A stretch of DNA of 63,175 nucleotides, filler included, from Octopus bimaculoides (Eukaryota): assembly GCF_001194135.2 (NCBI RefSeq). It is 7 parts of 7 records of this genome, joined end to end, with 100 filler letters (N's around TTAATTAATTAA, not from the genome) between each part and the next. Parts side by side here need not be neighbours in the genome. Positions count along the whole stretch, not along the records: positions 10,759 to 29,681 come from NC_068995.1; positions 29,782 to 35,403 come from NC_068982.1; positions 35,504 to 39,492 come from NC_068991.1; 4 more parts are not named here. The stretch is one strand, 5' to 3'. Numbering within the stretch: the first letter of the stretch is position 1; every line of letters begins with the position of its first letter. A program made the translations under genes and the position numbers. Below are positions 26,737-39,592 of this stretch, piece after piece. The notes under the pieces are model-generated. The model did no database searches. It had not been told where the DNA came from and saw nothing but the letters and a program-made list of their open reading frames with translations.

Positions 26737-27467
26737 ATATGTGTACGTATATATATATATATGTATATGTATATATATGCATATGTATATATGCATATAT
26801 ATATGTATATATATGGATATATATGTATATCTATATATACGTATATATACAAGTATATATACATACANNNNNNNNNNNNNNNNNNNNNNNNNNNNNNNNN
26901 NNNNNNNNNNNNNNNNNNNNNNNNNNNNNNNNNNNNNNNNNNNNNNNNNNNNNNNNNNNNNNNNNNNNNNNNNNNNNNNNACCGATGTTATCCAAGGGAA
27001 AGGCAAAGAGCCTGATACAGCTTGGCACCAGTGATGTCGCAACTCATTTCTACAGCAGAGTTAACAGGAGCAACGTGAAATAAGGTGTGTTGCTCAAGAA
27101 CCCAACTCGCAGCCCGGTCCGGGAATCGAAGTCACAACCTCAATCGTAAGCTCAACGCTTTAACCATTGAGCCAAGTCTAAGTTCGTTCCTACTGCGAAA
27201 CGTTTGAGTAAATATTTTTAACATATCTTGGGTCGACTTAATTTATGTTACTGAAATTTGGTTGACGAGAAATGTGCGTAAAATGTGTACAATCCTATTG
27301 ATTGGACTGTATATGTCACAGAAGAGTCCACCCCCACCTTGTCGTACTGTGTCACACTGCGTCACACTACATCACATTGCATCACGCTGCCACTCGGAGA
27401 CTCTATATGCTAATTACTTCAAAAGTACACGTGTCTGAAAAATACTCAACAGTGTGTGTGTGTGTGT

Positions 27468-27518
<51 letters not shown>

Positions 27519-27742
27519 CGAATGTAAGCACATATCGGAAGTGGGAGGGGCAATTGACGATCGTTTATCTGACATAGTTTTCCGTTTTCCATCACACCAG
27601 TAGCGACCATACATTGGAATGTCAGAACAGTTGTACTTCGTCGGAATTGAAATTTATGAAACACGTTAAAAGAATAGGAAAACAGTTCCGACAGAGGGCC
27701 AGAGACTGACTGAAAGATAAATAGAGAGACAAACAGACAGAC

Positions 27743-27799
<57 letters not shown>

Positions 27800-28626
27800 C
27801 AAAAGTCAAATCATAGAAGCAAGTATTCATTGATAACACTACTCAAATAGCGACTGCAGTTGTTTGTCCGTTTCTGTTGCCATGAACATCAAACGTTGTC
27901 ATAGGCTGCACTTTGTCTCCTATCTCTATATTCTCATCATAATTTCAGTTGCATACACTAGTGCAAAGGTTAAATGTATTCTCATTTATGTCATTAAGCT
28001 AATATTTCAAGATACTCTTTGCTCTATTTTAATTAATCTAATTAGAAGGCAATAAAGCGCCTCGCGTCGTGGTATTAACTGGCTGCATAAATTTAAACGG
28101 TTCAAGTTAAATTTGAAACAAATCGTCTCTCTACATCACACAAACACTTTGCCCTCTCTCATTCTCTGTCTTTCTGATGCTCTCTCTCTCTCTCTCTCTC
28201 TCCCCCCTTTCCTCCATTCTCTCTCTATCTTTTCCTATACTCACGTATACACTTTCACACAAATGTGCATAAATGAAATGTACACACATGCACGCGCACG
28301 AGTGCATCGGTGAAAAACAACGTAAAGAGAATAACACTCGAAAACTAGAGGTTGAGTATAATATAACATTTTATTGAAGCTGAAAAGTTTTCTCAAAACA
28401 GATACTCTGAGTTTCACGTAGTCGATCACTACGACAAATCATGACTGATGATTGATTACGTGAATCTCTGATGTTTGTTAGTGATGCTTCAACAAATAGT
28501 CAAAAAAATTACTGTTTAGATAACGCTTGATGAGCCTGAGAAATCACGCAATGTCTGATGTAATCGAGGATATTGTTTTAGGACTAAATATAAATTGGTG
28601 GCAAAACAACTAACTCCTCTACTTTG

Positions 28627-28671
<45 letters not shown>

Positions 28672-28804
28672 CGCGCGCTCATATATATATGGAGAGGGAA
28701 AAAGAGGAAGAGAGAGAGAGATACACAGATACAATCATTCATAAATGTATATTATACATACCTATATATATATATAACTATAGTAAAGCTCAATTTGTAA
28801 ATGT

Positions 28805-28855
<51 letters not shown>

Positions 28856-29681
28856 GCATCTATAGAAATCCACACCTTGCAAGATAGCAATCTGGGAGTC
28901 GTACCAATGGATTCGTCATGGTCGAAAATGCCCGGAATCGGACATTTGTTTTTTTTTGTTTTTTTAATGCTTCCTAACACGTAAATTTTTACATTAAAAA
29001 TAATTTTAAACCATCAATTCTGACAATTTTCAAATCGCCATTATTTGCAAACACGAGTTCAGTCTCCTTCTGCCTTCGCTGTAAACAGATAGAGAGAGAG
29101 AGAAACAACAGATTTTTTCAATATCGTCACTCGCCTTCTATTTGTCTATACCTCCATTACTCCTTTGATTCTCTTTCTCTGTTCCTTCTCTTTCTCTGTT
29201 CCTTCTCTTTCTCTGTTCCTTCTCTTTCTCTGTTCCTTCTCTTCTCTCGTCCTATGACGTCAAATTTCTTAAAGGTATTTTAGAATTACTAGTGTTTCCT
29301 ATCCACCTTTGTTTTCCATATATATTATATATTATAGTTTCTTACATCTGTAAAAATGGCTTATTGATGAGCACTGTTGTTTATAATCTCCTCCCTGATA
29401 AGATTGATACATTATTCCACATTATTCTTCGTCACGGATTTATTTTAATGTATCAATCGAAGCACATGTCAGTGATATGGTGATATAAATTATTTAAATA
29501 ACATCTTGTGCGTTTGTCACCATTTTCCATTACTCTTATGTTCTCCAAAACACGTCTCATTTCTCGGAATTATCACCCATGCAAATGTGGTTACTAATTC
29601 CTTAGGCGCTTATGTGACATTTAGCTACCTTGGATTTTTCCTTGTAAATTAAACATTGATATATATATATATATATATATA

Positions 29682-29781
29682 NNNNNNNNNNNNNNNNNNN
29701 NNNNNNNNNNNNNNNNNNNNNNNNNTTAATTAATTAANNNNNNNNNNNNNNNNNNNNNNNNNNNNNNNNNNNNNNNNNNNN
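29682..29781. other. Artificial scaffold linker
   Basis: 44 N + TTAATTAATTAA + 44 N. Confidence 0.95.
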
Positions 29782-30196
29782 GGGATCACCGTGCCTTAGA
29801 GTTAATGTAGTGAAGACTAAAGTATTGTAAAAGTAATGTAGCAAAAGACCAAAGTATGAAAATAGACAAATCACATAACCCTGCTCGATATGTAGAAATG
29901 GGGTCAGGAGAAACTCTGTGCACCCAATACCAACAATGGACATGTAAGAGGTGCAGTGGTATCACTAGATGTCTAACAGAAAAAGAAGCCTTTACATGTG
30001 GCAGAAAAATGGACTTCCTCATATGTCAGCGGACACTTTCTGTTACTTGGGTGACCAAGTTAGATGTTCCAAAAAAATAGGCTAGGTAAAGTTCAGAGAG
30101 CTACTACTTCTGTTAGTAATGAAGGGCCTCTCCCTCAGAGTGAAAGGCAGATTGCATGATGCCAGTGTACAAACAACTATGCTACATGGCAGTGAT
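29782..30196 (+). mobile_element. RTE-clade LINE fragment (post-RT region)
   Basis: Pieces WTCKRCSGI, DTFCYLGD, KFRELLLLLVMKGLSLRVKGRLHDASVQTTMLHGS. Confidence 0.8.
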
Positions 30197-30584
30197 ATAT
30201 ATATATATATATATATACATAGTTCATAGATGGGGATCAGATATTCTTTGTATAGAATACTCTGAGTAGTGCTTACGAGATTTAAACTTGAGCAAGTATA
30301 GAAGTAAATGTAAGGATAAGCTAGTTAGGCAGATCAATATATAAAGTATATTAAATACATGAAATACAAAAAATGTGTATATGTTTACATACAAAAAGGT
30401 CTGACTTATGCAGAATAGAAATGATATCGAGAATTAAAGGGGTTGAAGAAAAGTATTACAAATCCAACAACTGTTTCTGAGGGCTCAGTGGTCCAAAATG
30501 ATGTTTGTAGCTTTGATTCCACCGTTGGATAAGATGAACCTCTATCTTCAAGGAAGAGATCTTACATTTGAGGTGTTCATCATC

Positions 30585-30930
30585 ATCATCATCGTCGTCG
30601 TTTAACGTCTGCTTTCCATGCTAGCATGGGTTGGACAATTTGACTGAGGACTGGTGGACCAGGAGGCGACACCAGGCTCCAATCTGATTTGGCAGAGTTT
30701 CTACAGCTGGATGCCCTTCCTAATGCCAACCACTCCGAGAGTGTAGTGGGTGCTTTTACATGCCACCAGCACGTGGGCCAGTCTGGCGGGTACTGGCAAC
30801 GGCCACGTTCAAAATGGTGTATTTTACGTGCCACCTGCACAGGAGCCAGTCCATCGGCACTGGCAACGATCTCGCTTGGATGTCTTACTGGTAAAGGCCA
30901 CGCTCGAAATGGTGCTGAAAGAAAGAAGTC
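30585..30930 (-). mobile_element. RTE-associated 3'-end repeat with a (GAT)n tail
   Basis: Shares GGCAACGGCCACG..CAAAATGGTG with 61388-61520, which lies 3' of the RTE RT at the window end; contains GGATGCCCTTCCTAATGCCAACCAC. Confidence 0.6.
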
Positions 30931-30949
30931 CAAAGATGGAACACTCTTA

Positions 30950-31240
30950 AAGAGAATGATGTAGTGTTGTTAAAACCAGAGAAAGATGAAAATACAAATG
31001 TAAATATGGAAATTCCACCAACTCCACAAAAATTGACTGCAAAGAGTATCATTAAAGGGTTGGCACTAATAGAGGAACGTCTGCAAGTTTTTGCTGATAA
31101 TGATCCTAATTGTGAATGTCATGTGAAAATTCCAAGAAGTATTTACGTTGAGCTCTGTTTCTACACTGAGCTGTGCAAAGAGATGATACACCAAAAAACA
31201 TCAATTTTGCACAAGCCTCAGGCAGAGGTTTAAGATGATG
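30950..31240 (+). mobile_element. Tigger/pogo-like transposase C-terminal remnant
   Basis: QKLTAKSIIKGLALIEERLQVFADNDPNCECHVKIPRSI...CFYTELCKEMIHQKTSIL resembles the Tigger C-terminus (L..GF..IE..L..FE..DPN.ER..KV...V...CY). Confidence 0.6.
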
Positions 31241-32506
31241 AACTCCATGATAGAAGGTAATGTATCATGATAGAAGGTAATGTATCTTTTGTCATTAGAA
31301 TGTACCTTATTATACTGATTTCAAATTATGGCACAAGGCCGGTAATTTCAGGGGAGGGATTGAGTCAGTTACATCAACTTCAGTGTTCAACAGCTATTTA
31401 TTCTATCAACCCAGAAAGGATGTAAGATAAAATCGACCTCAGTAGAAAGACAAAGTGTCTCTAAGCATTTTGCCCAGCTTGCTAACAATTCTGTTAGCTC
31501 ACCACCTTAATATTTCCTAGTATATTACAATTCTTATTTATTCCTTAACATATTTCACTTTGAATATTTTTATGTACATATTTTGTACAATGTATGTTTA
31601 GAAATTGCTATTTTCATACATAAAAGTAGTTGTTTTTGCTTGGTTTTTGAAAACATATATCAGAACACATTGTTATTTTATAACAGAAAATTCGCTGAGG
31701 AAATGAATTTCACAATACAGGATTTTGCATTATGGCACATTTTTCAAGAACACAATATTCCTATAATGCAGAGGATTTTTGCATACACAAAGACATACAC
31801 ATACCGAAAATGCATACCTGTGAAGCTCTATCAACATGTCTCATATATTATATGATAAAAACAGGGCTTTACATCTATGCTGATGGTTACAAAATAGGAG
31901 TTTGTTTAGTTTGTTGGCACTGTATACACTATATCTCTTTGCATATTGAACAGAAGAACGTATCTATGCATATAAGTAAATGATAAATGTGACAAGCATT
32001 TTTGCATAAAATAAGTGTGATATGATATAATGAAGTATAGGGCATTACTCGTACACTACTGGATATTCGTAATTATCATTGTTGTTATCATTTAACTTTT
32101 ACTGAGTGTTATAAAAGATGGGCTCTGTTGTCAGAGGTCACTTAGCTCAATGGTACAGAGCATTCAACCAGCCTTCCGTGATCAACAGAAAAAGACAAAC
32201 AAGTGATTGATTGTGGAAGGCACGAGCACAAGCAACAACATTCCCAGGATGACATCAGTCAACAGGGCAGCAAAAGACTGTGAGCTTCCACTGCATGGCA
32301 TGCTGGCAAGCAGAGGTTGTCACAGGAATGTGGCACAAGGCATGATGAAACATTGTCAGGACAGAAGAGAGATAAAGCCTCTACAACAGCAAGGAGTCTA
32401 AGTGTGCAAATCAATGAATGAATGGAGCTGTCACCTTTTCCCTGACTTTATAAAGCTGTCTTCACAGCTATTCTTCTGCTTTCAAGACTCTTTTAATTTA
32501 TATATA

Positions 32507-32566
<60 letters not shown>

Positions 32567-34291
32567 TTAGGGATAAAAATCCAAATTTACAGGTAAAAAC
32601 TCAATTAAATTTAATTTATCAAAAATTTAAATTAAATTAAGTTTCACAGTATAAAATATATAAATATATAGTTTTAGAGAAAAGAACCAAAGTTCATGAA
32701 CTTATCCATGAAAAGCCACAGTCACATATAGAAAAATTAATAAGTAAATGCACGATAAATAAGTATAATATAATACACAGTAAAAAGCATAAAATAATAA
32801 TAAAACAACTACATGTTTTTCATAACCAAGTTTTCAAATAGAAAATAAAATATATTTACTTATTATTTTTTTATATGTGACTGGATTTTCATGGATGAGT
32901 TCATGAACTTTGGTTCTTTTCTCTAAAACTATTTATATATATATATATGAACTTGACATTCCTGTATTTCATCTGTTACATATGTTTCTGTATTCAGTGA
33001 TAAATTAATGATGTCACACTATAAATGCAACTCATATATACAACTTACAACCACTGTATGCATAATCCCACAGAACACATCCTCAGAGAGTACTGAAAGA
33101 GCTGAAACCTGAATGATAAAATCCATCATGCTCTGGGTGCATATATATATATATANNNNNNNNNNNNNNNNNNNNNNNNNNNNNNNNNNNNNNNNNNNNN
33201 NNNNNNNNNNNNNNNNNNNNNNNNNNNNNNNNNNNNNNNTCTATCAGTCTCTTTTGCTGAACTGATAAGTTTTGGGGACATAAACACACCAACACCAGTT
33301 GTCAAGTGATGGCAGGAGGGCAAACACAGACACACACACACGATGGGCTTCTTTCAGTTTCTATCTACCAAATCTACTCACAAGGTTTTGGTCGACCCAA
33401 GGTTATAATAGAAGATGCTTGCCCCAGGTGCCATGCTGTGGGTCTGAACCCGGAACCATGTGGTTGGGAAGCAAGCTTCTTACCATACAACCATTCCTAT
33501 CTCATCCCATCTCATCTTTTTTGCCCGCGTAATCTTGGAAGGGTCATGGGAGCAGATTTCTCAAGCACCACTTGGGGGAGTGTACAAAGGCAATCTAATA
33601 ATAAGATCTCACTTTTATAGAATTGAAGTTTTAGTTAAAGTAGAGTATTTCCTCTCAATAAGGAGTTTAAAGAAGGATGGAGTTATATAATGAATTACAC
33701 CTTATATGGAGTTAGAGGAAATAGCAGATCGGATATCAAAGAAAGCTAGTTGTAGGAAGTAGTCTAATGATTAACTATGTGGAATGTTATACAAGTGGCA
33801 TTGATATTATTTAATTAGATAGTATAATCACCTTTATGTGAATCAGGTAAAGCAACTCCAGACAATAGTCGCAAGTAAGAGGTTTGGATAGTGTATTCTA
33901 TCTATAATTTAACAAGTGCAGCTCAAAAAACTGTATCTTGGTGTAAGGAATACATACCTAGTAGAATTGGAAAAGAACTGGCTAGGGTGTGCAGGCTGCT
34001 ACTTCTAGGTTAGATAACATTGCTATCGCTATTGCATAATACTGGGAACACCACAGATAGAATGGTTAGTTCCTTCAATATAGCATATCATGTAAGTATA
34101 GCAAGAGTAGTTAAAACGTAATGGTAAAGGGAGAATGAGACTAGAAGGACTCAGAAACAAATAGGTAGAGCGATCCAACTAATGGGTCAATGAAAGTGGG
34201 AGTTAATTAGATAGACCCTAGGTTGAGAGCTACTGTAGAGGTTGTTTAATGTCCTTAAAGTATTTAAATGTGCAGGTAGTCTTATGTGTGT

Positions 34292-34665
34292 AATGGCCCA
34301 GTGGTTAGGGCAGTGGACTCGCGGTCATAGGATTGCAGTTTCAATTCCCAGACCGGGCGTTGTGAGTGTTTATTGAGCGAAAACACCTAAAGCTCCATGA
34401 AGCTCCGGCAGGGGATGGTGGCGAACCCTGCTGTACTCTTTCACCACAACTTTCACTCAATCTTATTTCCTGTTTCTGTTGTGCCTGTAATTCAAAGGGC
34501 CAGCCTTGTCACACTGTGTCACGCTGTATATCCCCGAGAACTACATTAAGGGTACTAGTGTCTGTGGAGTGCTCAGCCACTTGCACATTAATTTCACGAG
34601 CAGGCTGTTCCGTTGATCGGATCAACTGGAACCCTCGACGTCGTAAGCGACGGAGTGCCAACAAC
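34292..34665 (+). mobile_element. SINE family D, CpG-decayed copy
   Basis: Aligns to 23476-23845 with repeated CG to TG/CA changes. Confidence 0.9.
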
Positions 34666-34699
34666 AGTCTTATGTATGCAGGAAAAACAAAGGCCTAGT

Positions 34700-35080
34700 T
34701 TATTATTTAGTAGATTTTCTGGGGTGGTTATATAGCCAGATGTTAGGGGTGATGTCATTGCAGAAATTGTCTGACAGCCATGATTGGATTCTCCTGCTTG
34801 TTTGACATGATGCAGAGTCCTGTTGCCAGACATAGGGTCTTCCAGCAGCCACTCTCTTGACCCAGGGCATCACTACCTCCATTTGATCTCTTTAAAATTT
34901 CAAACAGCTCCATGCAGCAAAGGTGGCCCCTGTATCTACTGTTTAAGTATGGTTTAGCAACCCTAATGATATCCCAACTCAAATTGAATTTAACATTGTA
35001 GTCCTTGATCTCCCAAATCTTCATGACTAGAGACGTCTTGCCAGCCCTTTGTCTTAATTTAAAAGAAGAATAGTGGTTAC
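34700..35080 (-). mobile_element. Penelope-like GIY-YIG endonuclease C-terminal remnant
   Basis: MKIWEIKDYNVKFNLSWDIIRVAKPYLNSRYRGHLCCMELFEIL matches the T.L..IW.LKD....I.W.IL..A..Y....C.LC..E pattern of Penelope-like endonucleases. Confidence 0.65.
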
Positions 35081-35403
35081 ATAAACTGGAACCATGTGGT
35101 TGGGAAGCAAGCTTCTTACCACATAGCCATGCCTGCGCCTATAATATCTAATTTTTTTCAATATGAGTATTTTTTTTACCAAATTTCTCTTTCTCATTTA
35201 TTATTCTCAACTCTTTATCATTTCAGTTTTATATATTTTATTCTTCAATTAGTATTTCTTCTTTTTCTTTTTTACCCTGAAATTACCTAATTTGTTTTTA
35301 ATGTCTAAGTCATTAAATGAATAAATAAATAAAGCCTTTAATTTTAAATTATGTTTTTAACGGTCTGACATTTTTCTTTTTCTTGTTAAAATGGAAGGTT
35401 ATA

Positions 35404-35503
35404 NNNNNNNNNNNNNNNNNNNNNNNNNNNNNNNNNNNNNNNNNNNNTTAATTAATTAANNNNNNNNNNNNNNNNNNNNNNNNNNNNNNNNNNNNNNNNN
35501 NNN
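35404..35503. other. Artificial scaffold linker
   Basis: 44 N + TTAATTAATTAA + 44 N. Confidence 0.95.
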
Positions 35504-36212
35504 ATATATATATACAGTAGATATTAGGAGTTTAGGTCAAGCTAACCCAAACTAATAGGTGTGCGTTCTGACTGCTTCAATAGGTAATCCATCAAAATTC
35601 CAGTTAGAACAACGGCTGGAGTTGTGATTGTGTGAAAGTCTTGTTCCAAAAAAAAGCTGGCTGTTGTTGGCTTACCTTTGAGTCTGTAGGTATCGGCTAA
35701 AATAGTGAGGAAGGCAAATAATTAGTCAAGGCAGGATTGTGGCATTTAAATTCATTTAATTCAATCAAAAAATAGTAAAATAACAGAAAACTGGTAAATA
35801 TAGTAGAGATAGTCTCTGACAGCAATTTCTGGGACATCCTGGCTATTGGGTCATCTTATCGATTGAAGACTCTATAAACCGGGTATACCGTCATCGGATG
35901 AATGTGTGAAGAAATGTATGATAGACAGTGGCAGGAAACCTCCTCTCTAATGATATTCGTTGCGATTCATTATGGTTCATTACGTTAAGTAATGTAGGAG
36001 GGCTCAACTAAATCCGTTTTAATCGGTTCTTCTTTAGGTACATCCTGAAGTAAATCCTTAAGTGAATCCATTATTTTTAGATTGAATTAAATGAATTTAA
36101 ATGCCATAATCCTGTCTTGACTAATTGTTTGTCTTCCTCGTTATTTAACCTATATATATATGTATGCATGTATGTATGTATGTATGCATGTATGTATATA
36201 TGTATATATGTA

Positions 36213-36258
<46 letters not shown>

Positions 36259-37249
36259 TAGATAGATATATAGATACATACATACATACATACATACGTA
36301 CATACATACATACATACGTACATACATACATACATACATACATATATCGCTTAGGCTTTGCGAGACTAATAACCTGCTGTACAACTCGGTATACATATGC
36401 TTCACAACGAAACGTTAGTCGAGTCCAGATCAGCAATAACGAAATGAGATGACAAAAGAATAAACGATTATCTTATGCATTTCATTAGCTTACAGGTGTT
36501 TCCGCTATTAGATGCAGTGCATTTCATATTCGAGAGTCAGATGATGTTATAAAGTGTACCACATTCATTCAACTACGAGACATCTCATTTTCTTATGTGT
36601 GTATTTATGAGTGCGTGTCTGGTTGTATGTAAACGTATATATNNNNNNNNNNNNNNNNNNNNNNNNNNNNNNNNNNNNNNNNNNNNNNNNNNNNNNNNNN
36701 NNNNNNNNNNNNNNNNNNNNNNNNNNNNNNNNNNNNNNNNNNNNNNNNNNNNNNNNNNNNNNNNNNNNNNNNNNNNNNNNNNNNNNNNNNNNNNNNNNNN
36801 NNNNNNNNNNNNNNNNNNNNNNNNNNNNNNNNNNNNNNNNNNNNNNNNNNNNNNNNNNNNNNNNNNNNNNNNNNNNNNNNNNNNNNNNNNNNNTTTTAAA
36901 CCTACAGAGACAATATTCACATATCGCCTGAGGAAACACAACTAGAATATTCCAAAGTTGTCTGGAGGCCGTCGATGACGCCAATGGCTATTTTATTGAA
37001 TAAATTTACTCTTTCGTATTTCAAGATATTTTATGTAATTTTGGTAAATATATTTATTAAAATGACATGTCAGTGTTATTTTCATTTTAGCATAATTTAG
37101 ACGACAGTTTATTCACCGCACTCTGTATATACATATATCACCTTCCAGAGTGTTAAATTAATACACTTGCTTGTAGTTTATACACCAGTCTTCGTCTTTT
37201 TTTTTTTTTGTTTTTCTTTTTTTTTTTGTAAATTTCAACTATATATATA

Positions 37250-38760
37250 CTGCGTTTCAAATCATTAACCATGTTACATTTTTTCTTTTATTTAAAAACT
37301 ACTCGTTGGAATTCAACGAAATTTTCACAGAACGATGGCAACAGTTGTATGCACGTAGAGTGTAAAAATGTGAGGAATTGCACAAGTGTAAACAAACCGT
37401 CGTAATTTACATGATTTCCACGAACTTTCAGTGGTCCAAATTATTAACGAGTGGTCTGATAATCGTGTAATTATGGGTCGTAAATGTGACTTAACTGTTT
37501 CAGAGAAATCTGTTATTACTTCTGAACTTGCAAAAGACAAATCAGCATTAGAATTATCTAAAATAATTGGAAGATATCACCAAACTGTGAAGAAATTTGT
37601 TACAACTCCTACGAAGATACGTTCTGTGTCATGAATTGAGCGTGAAACTTTAAAGGACGCAGGTCTTACAAGTGGAGTCCTTTTCAAGCCCATTGGTGAA
37701 ACAACTGTGTCCAGAATTACCCGATGGAGTCTTCTGAAAAAGGTCGGTAAACCAGTGACATCAAGTAAAAGGGCCTCTTTAAACAAAATACACATACAAA
37801 ATCGTCTGAAATGAGCAGAAGATAAAATGAAGGTCAACTTTTCGAAAAGTTTTGTTTACGGACGAAACTCGTACTACTCTTGACGGACCTGCTAGTTGGA
37901 GCAAGGGACGGGTTGTAAATGGGCGAGATCGTCGTCAACGCTTGACACGCTAACAAGGGCGAGATTTGAGTAGGTATTATTGGAGGCATTATGGTTGGTC
38001 CTTGGAAAGTGTCTGACGGTGTTCAAATTACTGTGGATTCTTATAGAGTCTTTCTGAAAGAGCACCTTGATCCTTGGTTGAAAAAGCAAAGGATCACCAA
38101 GACAACCATAATATTCGTGTAAGATAATGCGTCCTCGCACTCAACGAAGAAAACTAGAGCATCTGCAACAACTAGGCTTCTGTAGACATCGAAAGATGAA
38201 GTGGCCTGCCTGTTCCCCGGATTAACCACAATGGATTATTCTAAAACAACGAGTTTACGAGAATGGACGCCAATCTAGGGACAAGGATGAAGTGTAGCAG
38301 GCAATAGTGGATGTATTGCGTGGGACAACATCAGAGGAAATCCAGTAATTAGCGTCTTCCATTGACCAGCGCCTTTCCCACCTTATTTCAAACAAACGCT
38401 CATATATTACTTACTAACAAGTTCACCTAACATTTTTGAACGCTGTTTATTTGTTTATTTGTATTTCTTCCATGCTTGTGACTGTCTGTTCATTTCAGTA
38501 TGTAAATCAAACAATTAAATTGGCATTTTCTTGTTTACATGAGTTTTAATTACACCTCCCTAATAATTTGAAACAAAGAAAGTTTACGTAAATTTGGTAA
38601 ATGGCCGTAGTTTCTGTATTGTTTTAAGGAATCTCACATTTTTTACACACCATGCGCATAACTATTGCCATCATTCTGTGAAAATTTCGTTGAATTCCAA
38701 TCAGTATTTTTTAAATAGAATTTTTAAAATGTTACGTCGTTTAAAATTTGAAACAGTGTG
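37250..38760 (+). mobile_element. Decayed Tc1-family transposon with long TIRs
   Basis: MGRKCDLTVSEKSVITSEL...IIGRYHQTVKKFV (HTH), LFTDETRTTLDG, *DNASSH, WPACSPD. TIR core TTGGAATTCAACGAAATTTTCACAGAA is inverted at about 37300 and 38700. Confidence 0.85.
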
Positions 38761-38773
38761 TATATGTGTATGA

Positions 38774-38813
<40 letters not shown>

Positions 38814-38814
<1 letters not shown>

Positions 38815-39210
38815 CTTTTACTTGTTTCAGTCATTTGACTGCGGCCATGCTGGAGCACCGCCTTTAGTCGAGGAAATCGACCCCAGGACTTATTCTTTGT
38901 AAGCCTAGTACTTATTCTATCGGTCTCTTTTTGTCGAACCGCTAAGTTACGGGGACGTAAACACACCAGCATCGGTTGTCAAGCGATGGTGGGGGGGACA
39001 AACACAGACACACAAACACACATACATATATATATATACATATATACGACGGGCTTCTTTCAGTTTCCGTCTGCCAAATCCACTCACAAGGCTTTGGTCG
39101 GCCCGAGGCTATAGTAGAAGACACTTGCCCAAGATGCCACGCAGTGGGACTGAACCCGGAACCATGTGGTTGGTAAGCAAGCTACTTACCACACAGCCAC
39201 TCCTACGCCT
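38814..39210 (-). mobile_element. tRNA-derived SINE, family E, full length; decayed copies near 4255-4570, 4703-4800, 20110-20510, 22100-22470, 25500-25700, 33240-33490
   Basis: Head GGAGTGGCTGTGTGGTAAGTAGCTTGC...GGTTCCGGGTTCAGTCCC; multicopy in the window. Confidence 0.85.
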
Positions 39211-39340
39211 ATAAAATGATGAAAGATAAAATCGGCTGCAGAGGAATTTGAACTCAGAACATGTAATCAGCAGAAATGTCGGAAAGCAGCTTGATCAGCG
39301 TGCTAACGATTCTGCCAGCTCACCGCCTTATATATATATA

Positions 39341-39479
39341 CTTTATTTAAAAGCAGCAGAAATATAACAAAGGACTGTTACTCTGAGTTTCACGTTCCCG
39401 TTCAAAACTGTCCGATGAACGGGAACGTGAAACTCAGAGTAACAGTCCTTTGTTATATTTCTGCTGCTTTTAAATAAAG
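39341..39479. repeat. Perfect 64-bp inverted repeat with an 11-nt loop
   Basis: 39341-39404 is the exact reverse complement of 39416-39479 (checked base by base). Confidence 0.95.
39407..39446 (+). ncRNA. Minimal type I hammerhead ribozyme (U4C variant)
   Basis: ACUGU-CCGAUGA-ACG(GGAA)CGU-GAAAC-UCAGA-GUA/ACAGU: 5-bp stem I, 3-bp stem II, palindromic ACUC-A-GAGU stem III, GUA triplet; predicted cleavage after 39441. Confidence 0.7.
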
Positions 39480-39492
39480 CATATTACTCTAC

Positions 39493-39592
39493 NNNNNNNN
39501 NNNNNNNNNNNNNNNNNNNNNNNNNNNNNNNNNNNNTTAATTAATTAANNNNNNNNNNNNNNNNNNNNNNNNNNNNNNNNNNNNNNNNNNNN
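39493..39592. other. Artificial scaffold linker
   Basis: 44 N + TTAATTAATTAA + 44 N. Confidence 0.95.

Noticed and set aside
28526-28550. TTGATGA-GCCTGA-GAAA hammerhead-like string
   Set aside because: No stem II, stem I or stem III pairing.
32200-32400. Possible snoRNA or miRNA hairpin (CTGTGA...TCACAG; ATGATGA)
   Set aside because: Pairing is poor beyond 6 bp; no matching D box and no H/ACA layout.
35870-35900. CCGATGA-CGG-TATAC-CCG as a hammerhead (minus strand)
   Set aside because: GAAA is replaced by GTTT and no stem I forms; only the surrounding inverted repeat is reported.
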